A DNA stretch of 33,537 bases, taken from NCBI GenBank assembly GCA_043750125.1, contig JAYVCD010000067.1:1-33537 (forward strand), written 5' to 3'. The position numbers were made by a program, and so were the translations under genes. The notes beneath the pieces are model-generated. The model searched no databases and had not been told where the DNA came from. It was given only the letters and a program-made list of their open reading frames with translations. This document shows positions 23,159 through 32,073 of the stretch, one piece after another. This DNA is from Archangiaceae bacterium (GTDB taxonomy: Bacteria; Myxococcota; Myxococcia; Myxococcales; Myxococcaceae). Within the stretch, counting starts at the first letter, position 1. Every line of letters starts with the position of its first letter.

Positions 23159-23994
23159 ATCTGATCTCCGACGCTGAAGGAACGCTCTCCGGTGTCGGCG
23201 GCCAGGGCGAACACCCGCGCGTCGGGGCCCAGCCTCTTTGCCACCCGGCACGCCGCTTCGATTCCCGCGGCCGTGCCCGCCGAGAGCAACAGCCCTTCTT
23301 CCTTTCCCAGCCGCTCGCGCATCTTCCACGCCGCGGCGTCGTCGACGATTTCGGTCGAAGTCACCCAGGAGCGATCCAACAGTGGGCTGTGTTCCTGGGG
23401 AAGCAGGCCGTGCTGTCGGTGAGGGCGCCAGCCGGTCGCGAACGGCCGCACTTCGATCAGCAACACGTCGGGAAACCTCGCACGAAGCACCCGACCGATC
23501 GAGGTCAAGGTGGCTCCGGTTGCGACCGGCGCGACGAACGCGTCGATTCGATCTTCCGAACCCAGCAGCTCTCGGCCGACCTCTGCCATCGCTTCCAGCC
23601 GGGCATGGGGAAAACGATCGCTGAGCACTCCACCCGCGGCGCGCGCGGCGGCCAGAGCCCCTGCGCCCCCTTCGGCAAAGGCAGTCAGCGTCACCTTGGC
23701 GGCGTAGGTCAGCAGCGTCTGACGCACCTCGAGCGGCGTGTCTTCGGGAAGAAAGATTTCAACCGGTCGGCCGTTCCGCGCGCCCTGCATCGCCAGCGCG
23801 ACCGCCAGAGCACCATCGCCGGCCTCGCGCCACACCCCGTCTGGCGCGTCGCGGACCAGGTGCCGGGCCACGCGATCCATCACGGTGGCATTGGGGCTTC
23901 GCGTCTCGAGCTTGAGCCAGACGGTGCCACCGCCGTCCAGGGCCACCCGCTGAAGCTTCACCACCGGAGTCACGCGCGGTTCGTCGTCGGTCAC
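23155..23994 (-). CDS. Cysteine-synthase-fold protein lacking the PLP-binding lysine (probable pseudoenzyme); start uncertain
   Basis: TPVVKL, WLKLETRSPNATVMDRVA, IDAFVAPVATGATL, LGKEEGLLL, ADTGERS align with the CysK/CysM fold. Confidence 0.85.
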   Translation of the reverse strand: MTDDEPRVTPVVKLQRVALDGGGTVWLKLETRSPNATVMDRVARHLVRDAPDGVWREAGDGALAVALAMQGARNGRPVEIFLPEDTPLEVRQTLLTYAAKVTLTAFAEGGAGALAAARAAGGVLSDRFPHARLEAMAEVGRELLGSEDRIDAFVAPVATGATLTSIGRVLRARFPDVLLIEVRPFATGWRPHRQHGLLPQEHSPLLDRSWVTSTEIVDDAAAWKMRERLGKEEGLLLSAGTAAGIEAACRVAKRLGPDARVFALAADTGERSFSVGDQM

Positions 23995-24107
23995 GGCGGG
24001 TGGGTCTATCTGATCTGTCGTGGGGTGAAAGGGCCCCGGTAGGTCAGCAGCGACCCCCCGCCGGCCCCCGCTCTCCTCTGACGCGAGGTGGACGTGCCCT
24101 TGCACCA

Positions 24108-25433
24108 ATGACGGGAGTGACTTCCCAGACGCTTCCGCACACCCAGAAGGAAGAAGCCCTCGGAATGTTCGGCGGCTCCGCGGGAGTGCTCGTCTTCATC
24201 CCCATCGACCTGATGGTCTTCGGCTTTGTCCCCGGGCTGATGGCGCTTCGACTGGTGTGGGGCCTGTGCCTGTTGGGGGCCGGATTTTACCTGCTGCGCG
24301 CGTCGAATCGGGGCCGGCAGGTCATGGTCCTCGCCGCAGCGGTGGTCTCTTCGCTGGGGTTCCTGGGGAACGTCGCGCTGACCGGGGGCATGGCCAGCCC
24401 CTACATCATGTGGCTGACCGCGCTGTCGATGTCACTTGCCCCTACATCCCGGTCGGCCACGGCGGTCAGTGCCTCGGTCCTGGTCGTGGGAACGTCGGCG
24501 ATGTTCTTCAGTGAGCCGACGTGGGCGATCTACGCGCTCTCCGCGCTGTTCGCCGGCGGGCTGGCCCAATACACCGCGTTCCTCTTTCATCGATCGCGCT
24601 GCAACGAGACGAAGTTCGCTGCGCTGCTGTCCGATTCGGAGCGCCGGCGAAGAGAGAGCGACCGCCTCGCCGTGTTGGGTCAGCTGGCCGGAGGTGTCGC
24701 CCATGAAATCAACAACCCGCTGGGCTGCATCAAGGGAAACATCACCCACCTGCTCGAAGAAGATCTCGGTGACTCACGCCTGAGCCCCACCGAACGGGAA
24801 CAGCTGTTGAAAGAGACCCTGAGGGGAGTGGACCGGATCGCCTCGATCGTCAAAGACCTGCGCAGCTTTTCCAGCGACGAGCAGCCGGCGATCGCACCCG
24901 CGCACCTGAGGGCGGCGGTCGATGCCGCGATCGCGCTCACCTCGCTGCGGCTGGGCCAGGTCAACGCCAGGCACGAGTGTTCGGTCGATCGCGCGCTGCC
25001 CCGCGTTCTCGTTCAGCAAGAACGGCTCACCCGGGTCCTCGCCTCGCTGTTGATGAACTCGGCCGATGCTCTCGAGCTGCGAGGGCGCGGAGGACGGGTG
25101 CGCTTGCACGCTGAGCTCACCCCCGGGGGTTTGCGACTGACCCTGGACGATGATGGTCCGGGGATCGTGCCCGCCATCCTCGAGCGCGTCTTCGACCCGT
25201 TCTTCACGACCAAGCCCCCGGGCAAGGGCATCGGGTTGAGCCTGGCGCTCGCGCGGGAATACCTGACTCGAATGGGGGCGACGATTGTCGCCAGCAACGG
25301 CCCGTCGGGCGGAGCGCGCTTTTCCATCGAGCTGCGCACCGAGCCGGAGATCGTCCGGTCCCCTTCGGAAAGCGCCGACCTGTTGCACCCGCGGGTCGGC
25401 CCGGCCCTCGCACCGATGGTGCCCGCGCGCTGA
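24108..25433 (+). CDS. Membrane-bound sensor histidine kinase (HisKA + HATPase_c)
   Basis: Several TM segments, LGQLAGGVAHEINNPL, LLMNSADA, DDDGPGI, FDPFFTTKPPGKGIGLSL. Confidence 0.92.
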   Translation: MTGVTSQTLPHTQKEEALGMFGGSAGVLVFIPIDLMVFGFVPGLMALRLVWGLCLLGAGFYLLRASNRGRQVMVLAAAVVSSLGFLGNVALTGGMASPYIMWLTALSMSLAPTSRSATAVSASVLVVGTSAMFFSEPTWAIYALSALFAGGLAQYTAFLFHRSRCNETKFAALLSDSERRRRESDRLAVLGQLAGGVAHEINNPLGCIKGNITHLLEEDLGDSRLSPTEREQLLKETLRGVDRIASIVKDLRSFSSDEQPAIAPAHLRAAVDAAIALTSLRLGQVNARHECSVDRALPRVLVQQERLTRVLASLLMNSADALELRGRGGRVRLHAELTPGGLRLTLDDDGPGIVPAILERVFDPFFTTKPPGKGIGLSLALAREYLTRMGATIVASNGPSGGARFSIELRTEPEIVRSPSESADLLHPRVGPALAPMVPAR

Positions 25434-25476
25434 ACCTTCGTCGATTCGACGCTTGTCCCTATAGACTTGGCCTTCC

Positions 25477-26757
25477 GTGGTCGACTCGTCCGACAACTCG
25501 TTCGACCCCGCCGGCAACGATCGTCGGGCGCGGGTGCGGGCGGTGCTCGAGAAGCGCCGGCTGACCCAGAACCTCTCGCCCGAACAAGTCGCCGAGTCGT
25601 GGATGCAGGAACGTTTCGTCGCCCGCGCCCGGGCCCTTTTCTACGCGCGGATGATGTTCCTCACCCTCGGGCTGTTGATCCTGGCGGTCCCCGTCTGGCG
25701 GCACTATTTCGGGATCACCGGGCCGCTGGCCTTCGGGGGGTATTTCGCGATGCTGCTCTACAGCGTCGCCAACTACATGGTGCTCGATCACCCCCAGGCG
25801 GGCCGCATCGTCAGCTACGTCACGCTTTGCTTCGACCTGTGCCTGATGGTGGTGCTGATCGCCTCGCCCCAGGTGGGAGGCGGTCTGCAAAGTCCGTTGC
25901 TGGCCACCCAGCTGCTCTTCACCACCCTGTTTGCTCTGCTCTTCCCCAAGCCGCTGGCGATCCTTCCGCCGCTGCTGGCGCTGTTGATCACCACCCGGCT
26001 CGACTTGCTGTTGGGAAGGTCCCCGACCGCGGTCGAGGTGCTGACCCTGATGTGGTACCTCGCGCTCAACTTCATCATCATCTACGTGCTCGTCTACCTG
26101 AACGAGCGCGAGGTCAGCGCCCACAAGGAAGTCGTCGATCTGCAGGGCGACCTCAAAGAGCTCGCGGTCGTCGAAGAGCGAAACCGACTGGCGCGCGAGA
26201 TCCACGACGGCCTGGGGGCCAGCCTGTCGAGCCTGATCATCCAGAGCGAATACCTGCAGACGATGGCCAAGGACGAGGCCCTGCTCAAAGAGATTGGCGA
26301 GCTCAAGGCCAGCGCTGAAGAGAGCATCGAAGAGCTGCGCAGATCTCTGAAGATGATGCGCGAGGACTTCGACCTGGGCGTCGGCCTCGAGGACTACGTC
26401 AAGACCTTCCGCGAACGGACCCAGGTCGACATCAAGTTCGAGCGCAGCGGCATTCCCGACCGGCTTCCCCCCGAGTCCCAGCTGGCGCTCTTCCGGGTAC
26501 TGCAGGAATGCCTGTCGAACGCGGTGAAGCACGCCGGGGCGAAGAAGGTCGAGGTGAAGCTCCACTTTGCGCCCAGGCATGTGTTGCTGTCGGTGCGCGA
26601 CGATGGCCGGGGCTTCGACACCAAGAAACCCAGGGTCGGTCACTACGGGCTCATCAACATGCGTGAACGTGCCCTGAAGGTGGGCGGCGAAGTGATCATC
26701 GATTCGACCCCCGGCTCAGGGGCCCACATTTCGTTCTCGGTGCCCGTCACCGCCTGA
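25477..26757 (+). CDS. Membrane sensor histidine kinase, HisKA_3 (NarX/DesK type)
   Basis: About six TM segments, EERNRLAREIHDGLG, LFRVLQECLSNAVKHA, VRDDGRGF, GLINMRER. Confidence 0.95.
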   Translation: MVDSSDNSFDPAGNDRRARVRAVLEKRRLTQNLSPEQVAESWMQERFVARARALFYARMMFLTLGLLILAVPVWRHYFGITGPLAFGGYFAMLLYSVANYMVLDHPQAGRIVSYVTLCFDLCLMVVLIASPQVGGGLQSPLLATQLLFTTLFALLFPKPLAILPPLLALLITTRLDLLLGRSPTAVEVLTLMWYLALNFIIIYVLVYLNEREVSAHKEVVDLQGDLKELAVVEERNRLAREIHDGLGASLSSLIIQSEYLQTMAKDEALLKEIGELKASAEESIEELRRSLKMMREDFDLGVGLEDYVKTFRERTQVDIKFERSGIPDRLPPESQLALFRVLQECLSNAVKHAGAKKVEVKLHFAPRHVLLSVRDDGRGFDTKKPRVGHYGLINMRERALKVGGEVIIDSTPGSGAHISFSVPVTA

Positions 26758-26769
26758 AGGAGGCAAATC

Positions 26770-27465
26770 ATGGAAGAGCCCGCTGCGGTCCCCCTCGCGC
26801 CGATCAAGGTCTACGTCGTCGAGGACCAGACGAAGATCCTCAAGAACCAGCTGAAGCTTCTCGAAGCCAGCAGCGACATTCAGATCATCGGTACCGCGCT
26901 CTCAGGCGAGACCGCGATCGAAGAGGTCCCAAAGCTTCTACCCGACGTGCTGCTGTTGGACCTGGGGTTGCCTCGCATGAGCGGCATCGATGTGACCCGG
27001 GTGGTGAAGAAGCTGGTTCCCCAGGTCGAGATTCTGATCTTCACCATCTTCGACGAAGAGGACAAAGTCCTCGAAGCCGTGAAGGCCGGCGCGTCGGGCT
27101 ACCTGCTCAAGGGCACTCCGGCCGATCGGATCATCGAGGCGATCAAGGAAGTGAAGTCGGGCGGAACCGTGATTCAGCCCAACCTCGCACGCAAGCTGCT
27201 CAAGCATTTCCGGGTCGCAGGGCCGGGCGAGGCCGAGCTTCCGCTGCTGGCCGCTGAGCCTCTGCTCAAGCCATTGTCAGAACGCGAAAAAGAAATCCTT
27301 CTGCTGATCGCCAAGGGCGTGTCGAACTCAGAGGCGGCCCGCTTGTTGACGGTCAGCAAAGCGACCATTCGCACCCACCTCGAGCACATCTACCGAAAGC
27401 TCGAGGTCACCAACCGCGTCGAAGCGGTCACCGAAGGCCTGCGCAAAGGCATCATTCAGATGTGA
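26770..27465 (+). CDS. NarL/LuxR-family response regulator
   Basis: VVEDQ, LLLDLGLPRMSGI, GASGYLLKG, LSEREKEILLLIAKG.SN..TIRTHL..IYRKLEV; GGAGG Shine-Dalgarno. Confidence 0.96.
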   Translation: MEEPAAVPLAPIKVYVVEDQTKILKNQLKLLEASSDIQIIGTALSGETAIEEVPKLLPDVLLLDLGLPRMSGIDVTRVVKKLVPQVEILIFTIFDEEDKVLEAVKAGASGYLLKGTPADRIIEAIKEVKSGGTVIQPNLARKLLKHFRVAGPGEAELPLLAAEPLLKPLSEREKEILLLIAKGVSNSEAARLLTVSKATIRTHLEHIYRKLEVTNRVEAVTEGLRKGIIQM

Positions 27466-27493
27466 GCGCAGGCCCGCCTGGCCTTCCACGACC

Positions 27494-28963
27494 CTACTTG
27501 CAGAAGCCGAGGATCGCCCCGGTGGTCGAGGTGACCTGGTTGCACTTCTTGCCGCCCTGGCACCGGGCGTTCGGCTCGGTCGCACAGCGCGCCGGAGGCA
27601 CCGCGTCGTTGCAGCTCGTGTCGCAGGTGGCATAGCAGGTCGGAACCGCACTCACGCTCAGCGAAGCGCAGACCTGGCTGCTGCCGCAGGTCGCTCCTTT
27701 GAACGAGTCCTGCTCGACGCACGGCATTCCTTCCGCGACGATCGGCACCCGCTGTGGAATGCAGACGCCGCTGCCGTCGACGCTGACGACGAACTTCCCA
27801 TCGGCCGTGGTGGGCACGCAGCTGGCCACCGAGGCACCCACGTTGGCGCAGACGTTCTTCGTCGGGTCGAACACGTTGCACTTTTTCATGCAGCCGCCGA
27901 GCACCGCGTTCGAATCTTCCAGTCGATACAGGTTGGCGCAGGCCTCGTCGGAACCACAGGCCGGCTGCGGACTGAAGCCCGGGTAGGTCGGCGCGGCATT
28001 GCAGGCCTTCACGCAGACGCCTTGATCTCCACCGCGGGTCAGCGCGCACTCGAGCCCGGTGCTGCAGGTCGTCGCGATCGCCCCCAACGAGAAGTCCTGC
28101 TTGCAGGCCTGACCCAGCGTCGCGGGTCCCGGCGGGCGGCAGTTGGCGACCGAATAGTGCGGATCGTCGTAGAAGCCGAGGAACGCATAGCTGCAATTGC
28201 CCGTGGGAACGGCTTCGGTCGGCTGCCCCATCCCGTCTTTGATCAAGCACTTATTGCCGACCGGAACGGTGAGCTTGGTCAGGCCGCCGTCCGGCTGCAT
28301 CACCTGCTGGCCACATTCCTGATCCCTGAACAGCGAAGCGGGAAGGCACCCGTCGGTCGAGCACCCCTCGCCGCGGTCGCAGTCGTTGGGGCTCGCGCAC
28401 TCTTTGGTGCAGATGCAGGGCGTCTCGCCGGCCTCGCAGGTCCCCGGAGTCTTCCGGCTGAAGACCGGCGAGCACAGGTGCCCCGTCGGGCAGGGGGTTC
28501 CACCCGGCTTGCACTGCTGGAACCGCTTCGGGGGAACGCAGTTGCCGTCCACGCACCACTTGCTGTTAGGCGCGCAGCTGTCGGCTGCCGCTTTGTTCGT
28601 ACTGAGGCAGGCGCACTGGCCGGCGATGCACGCAATCTGTCCCGCCTCGCAGGCGTTGCCCACGCAGGTCGTCACCACGTTGACGCAGCTGAACGCCATC
28701 GTGATTGGGTCCTTGATGCACACTCCCGCGTCGCAGCCGCCCACCGTCTGACCTTCAGGAGCGCACGCGTCGACGCAGATCCGCTTCGCCGTGTCGCAGC
28801 GCTGATTGGCACTGCAGCCCCCAGAGCACTTGTCTTCCAGGTTCGGGTTTCCACCATCGAGCTTCGGGTCTTCGCCCCCATCGGTGACCGGCTTGGCAGG
28901 GGGGCAGGCACACAGCACGAGGGCGAGCACGCTCGCCAGAACGGCGCTGATTCGAAGGTTCAT
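27494..28963 (-). CDS. Very cysteine-rich lipoprotein
   Basis: Lipobox VLCAC; 54 Cys in 489 aa by manual count, in short EGF/knottin-like clusters. Confidence 0.88.
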   Translation of the reverse strand: MNLRISAVLASVLALVLCACPPAKPVTDGGEDPKLDGGNPNLEDKCSGGCSANQRCDTAKRICVDACAPEGQTVGGCDAGVCIKDPITMAFSCVNVVTTCVGNACEAGQIACIAGQCACLSTNKAAADSCAPNSKWCVDGNCVPPKRFQQCKPGGTPCPTGHLCSPVFSRKTPGTCEAGETPCICTKECASPNDCDRGEGCSTDGCLPASLFRDQECGQQVMQPDGGLTKLTVPVGNKCLIKDGMGQPTEAVPTGNCSYAFLGFYDDPHYSVANCRPPGPATLGQACKQDFSLGAIATTCSTGLECALTRGGDQGVCVKACNAAPTYPGFSPQPACGSDEACANLYRLEDSNAVLGGCMKKCNVFDPTKNVCANVGASVASCVPTTADGKFVVSVDGSGVCIPQRVPIVAEGMPCVEQDSFKGATCGSSQVCASLSVSAVPTCYATCDTSCNDAVPPARCATEPNARCQGGKKCNQVTSTTGAILGFCK

Positions 28964-29011
28964 GGTGGAAAATTCCCGGAAAAGTGTTCAGCCGTTTGGA
29001 AAAGGCGGCGG

Positions 29012-29040
29012 AACCTATGAAGGGGTGTAGGGAGTGTCAA
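29012..29040 (-). promoter_or_regulatory. Sigma70-type promoter for the Cys-rich lipoprotein
   Basis: TTGACA-N17-TAGGTT on the minus strand, about 50 nt before the ATG. Confidence 0.75.
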
Positions 29041-29071
29041 CACACACTTCCGCTACTGAAACCGCGCCTGC

Positions 29072-30595
29072 CTAGAAGCTGGCGGTGATGCCCCAGAACA
29101 GTGCGCTGTAGACCTCTTCGGCCGCTCCGCCACACTGGGTGTCGTCGCATTTGACCCACTTCTTTCCCTGTCCGAAAAACTGATCGTTGAACCGGGTGTA
29201 GCGGAACTTGAGCGTGTAGCCCAACGGGCCCCAGAGCTCGCCGGCCAGGCCCCCCTCGAACGTGAAGCCGGTGCCTTTGCCTCCTCCGGTCGGATCATCG
29301 GGGTTTCCGTACCCCACAATCTCGTCCAGCCCTGGCTTGGGGTTCAAGAAGTAGCTGAAGCCCACCTCGAGCCGCGCGAACTTCGAGCCCAGCGGCACGG
29401 CGGCATCGATTCCGAACTGGGGAAAGATGCGGTTGGTGCCCGGAAGGGGAACCATCGCCTTGGCGTCGATCTCGAAGACCCGGCTGGCGACTCCAATGCG
29501 GGGCCCGATGTACGCGACCAGCGGCTTGCTGTCGGAACCAAAGACGATCGGAAAGCGGTAGCCCAGCTGCACCGACCAGCCGCGATCGGTCGAGACCACG
29601 TCCTTTTCGGGCGTCTCACCCGAGGGCGAGGTGACCTTCACTTTGGTCAGCGAGAATCCCAGCGAGAAGCTGCCCTGCACCATCAGCCCGCAGGCGTATT
29701 TGTTGTCGGTGAAGATGGCCGCGGGGAACAGCTCCCCATGCAACATGAAGCCGGCGTACGGAACCTGGGGCGAGAACTCGACGGTGTCTCCAAACGGTTT
29801 GGGATCGCGGGTGTCGTATTCCTTGCAACTCAAGACCCCGGGCCGCGAGCAGTAGCTGCGCCAGGTGGTGCTTCCCGACAGCCAGGCACGGAAGATCTTG
29901 AAAACCTTCACCTTCGACCGCTTCCCCTCGTTGTCGAGATCCTGGTCGCGCTCAGAGACGACGGGCTCGCGCACCTCGGCCGCCGAGTTGGCTTCAGCCT
30001 CCTCTTCCTTCCTCCTCTTCTCGCGTTCGTCGTTCGACAGCTCACCGGGCCTTCGCGGCTGGTCGGGGTCGATCTGATCGGGAGCCTTCTCACCCTTCGC
30101 GACCGGCTCGGGCTTCTCTTCCGGCTTTTCTTTTTCTGGCTTCTCTTCCTCTTCCCGGCTCGAGACCGGCGCCGTCTTTGCCGCAGCGGTGATTGCCTTG
30201 GCGAGCTTCCGGGCATGGTCGGCCGACAGCAGGCCCTTCTTCAGCGGCAGCTCTTTGCTCCACAGCTCCTGGCCCGTGCTGTCGAGGATCTGGACGAAGA
30301 ACTTGGCTCCGATGACGCCTTCGACCGCGGCATCGACCCCCGCAGCGCGCGAGAGCTTCCCGACCGACGCGGGGGTCATCGCCTGGGGGCCCTTGAGCTT
30401 CTTTTTCCCGGCCAGATCCTTCCACTTCGAAATCGGCACCAGGTCGACGGTGTTCGCCTTCCGCAGCGCCTTGTCGACCTGCATTCGCAGCTTGTTGCCC
30501 TTGTCCGCCTCGAACTCGAGGATCACCACCCGCTGCGCAAAAGCAGCCGAGGCGAACAACAGCATCAGTAGAAGCGCGAGCGGTGTCCGCATCAT
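29072..30595 (-). CDS. Putative outer-membrane beta-barrel protein with N-terminal soluble domain and charged linker
   Basis: Signal peptide ending AFA-Q, Glu/Lys/Pro-rich linker, amphipathic strands, terminal FWGITASF beta-signal. Confidence 0.8.
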   Translation of the reverse strand: MMRTPLALLLMLLFASAAFAQRVVILEFEADKGNKLRMQVDKALRKANTVDLVPISKWKDLAGKKKLKGPQAMTPASVGKLSRAAGVDAAVEGVIGAKFFVQILDSTGQELWSKELPLKKGLLSADHARKLAKAITAAAKTAPVSSREEEEKPEKEKPEEKPEPVAKGEKAPDQIDPDQPRRPGELSNDEREKRRKEEEAEANSAAEVREPVVSERDQDLDNEGKRSKVKVFKIFRAWLSGSTTWRSYCSRPGVLSCKEYDTRDPKPFGDTVEFSPQVPYAGFMLHGELFPAAIFTDNKYACGLMVQGSFSLGFSLTKVKVTSPSGETPEKDVVSTDRGWSVQLGYRFPIVFGSDSKPLVAYIGPRIGVASRVFEIDAKAMVPLPGTNRIFPQFGIDAAVPLGSKFARLEVGFSYFLNPKPGLDEIVGYGNPDDPTGGGKGTGFTFEGGLAGELWGPLGYTLKFRYTRFNDQFFGQGKKWVKCDDTQCGGAAEEVYSALFWGITASF

Positions 30596-30682
30596 CGGGA
30601 GCACGCCTTTATAGCCGGTTCCAACCGCTTGTCAGATTGCGGTCCTTGCGGCCGGCGCCATTTCTTCGTCCGGTGAAACCCT

Positions 30683-31396
30683 TCAGCCTCGCTGCACCGG
30701 CCAGCCCCGCTCGACCGCGGTCTGCACGAGGTGATTTCCCGGGTCGTCCCACCCAGCCACCACCAGCCGCGCCTGCGCAAACTCGAGCATCGGGAGGTCC
30801 AGGTTTCCGTTGCCGGCGGCGAAGACCGGCGCGATCCCCTGCTGTTGCAGCCGCTGTACTTTTCCCATTCCCGCCGGCACCGGCCGACGAACGCGCTCGG
30901 TCAGCTGCCCGGCTTCGACTTCCGCGTCGACGGCAATCACGTGGGCGAGCCCCAGCGCACGGGCCGCAGCTTCCACCAGCCACCGGGGGGACGCCGAGAC
31001 CAACCAGGGCACGTAGCCCGCGGCCCCCAGTGCGTCGAGCAGCGGCCGGGTAAAGGGAAACAGCCGGCCGGCAAACCGCGCCTGGTAGAAATCACGGCAC
31101 CACCCTTCGAGCGTCGCCTCTTCGAGGCCGGCCATCGCCTCGACTGCAAACGCGTAGGCCGCCACGGGGTCTACGTCGTGAATGCGCTCGTACCGCTGGT
31201 AGAGACTTCGTTGCCCCCGGTGCGCCGGCAGACGATCTTCGGCCACCAGGAAACGAAGAAAATCTTCCCCGACATCGCCGCGCCAGAGAGTGCCGTCGGC
31301 ATCGAAGCAGACCGGTTGGCCCGCGCCTTTCACCGTCAGCAGCGGCTGAAGCACCTTGAAGGCCTGCGCATTGAGAACGGTCTCGAGCTTCCGCAA
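30683..31396 (-). CDS. HAD-superfamily (IB, phosphoserine-phosphatase-like) hydrolase; start uncertain
   Basis: Motif I FDADGTL, motif II VSAS, motif III GK, motif IV AGNGNLDLPML. Confidence 0.88.
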   Translation of the reverse strand: MRKLETVLNAQAFKVLQPLLTVKGAGQPVCFDADGTLWRGDVGEDFLRFLVAEDRLPAHRGQRSLYQRYERIHDVDPVAAYAFAVEAMAGLEEATLEGWCRDFYQARFAGRLFPFTRPLLDALGAAGYVPWLVSASPRWLVEAAARALGLAHVIAVDAEVEAGQLTERVRRPVPAGMGKVQRLQQQGIAPVFAAGNGNLDLPMLEFAQARLVVAGWDDPGNHLVQTAVERGWPVQRG

Positions 31397-31435
31397 CGTT
31401 GCCCCTGACCAGACAAACAAGCACACTCCAAACCC

Positions 31436-31888
31436 ATGCGCATCGGGCTCGGAGGACTCGTCATCTTGTTCCTGGGCTGTGGTGACGGGGCTCCGTGCAC
31501 CACCAGCTGCCCGAAGCTCGAGGGCAGCTACGCGATGACCTACAAAGAACTGAGCAGCCAGAGTCCCGACTGCGCGTCGCTGACCCCGCCTTCTGGGCCC
31601 ACGGTGATCGAGATCACCCGCAGCGGAGCGGAAGTCCGCGCCACCCTCAACGGCAATCCCGGGCGGGGAATGCTTCAAGACACGTCAGACTTTTCAATCT
31701 CGGCCACCGACGGAGCCGAAGATGCCGGCTTCCAGTCGCTCACCTTGCGTGGGTATTTCGTCCCGCCCGTTCAACGGGGCGCAGACGGAGGAGACCCGGG
31801 CACGATCCAGGGCAAATGGATTACGCACACCGAGCGCGGCGCGAAAGTTTGCGATGCCGAACGGCCGTGCAACGGCGTCAAGCAGTAG
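31436..31888 (+). CDS. Small lipoprotein of unknown function
   Basis: MRIGLGGLVILFLG-C lipobox, beta-rich mature part with several cysteines. Confidence 0.8.
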   Translation: MRIGLGGLVILFLGCGDGAPCTTSCPKLEGSYAMTYKELSSQSPDCASLTPPSGPTVIEITRSGAEVRATLNGNPGRGMLQDTSDFSISATDGAEDAGFQSLTLRGYFVPPVQRGADGGDPGTIQGKWITHTERGAKVCDAERPCNGVKQ

Positions 31889-31912
31889 CTGTGGGTCCCC
31901 TCGAGGGGAGAA

Positions 31913-32032
31913 CTACTTCTTCTTCGAAACGGGAGCGGCGGCCTTGGCCTTCGCCTTTCGTTCTGCCCGCTTCTTCCATTTGACGCGGATCTTGCTGCGT
32001 ACGCGCTGATGCTTGCTCTTGCTGCGGGCCAT
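31913..32032 (-). CDS. 39-aa highly basic small protein (below the ORF-track cutoff)
   Basis: MARSKSKHQRVRSKIRVKWKKRAERKAKAKAAAPVSKKK*; AAGGAG Shine-Dalgarno 8 nt upstream; mostly G/C-ending codons. Confidence 0.8.
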   Translation of the reverse strand: MARSKSKHQRVRSKIRVKWKKRAERKAKAKAAAPVSKKK

Positions 32033-32073
32033 GCAGGTTGCTCCTTGAAGAACGGTTTGTCCGAAAACGCGGG

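Noticed and set aside
30608-30635. CTGACA-N16-TATAAA on the minus strand before the beta-barrel gene
   Set aside because: Plausible promoter, but the spacing is non-ideal and it would leave almost no leader; too weak to list.
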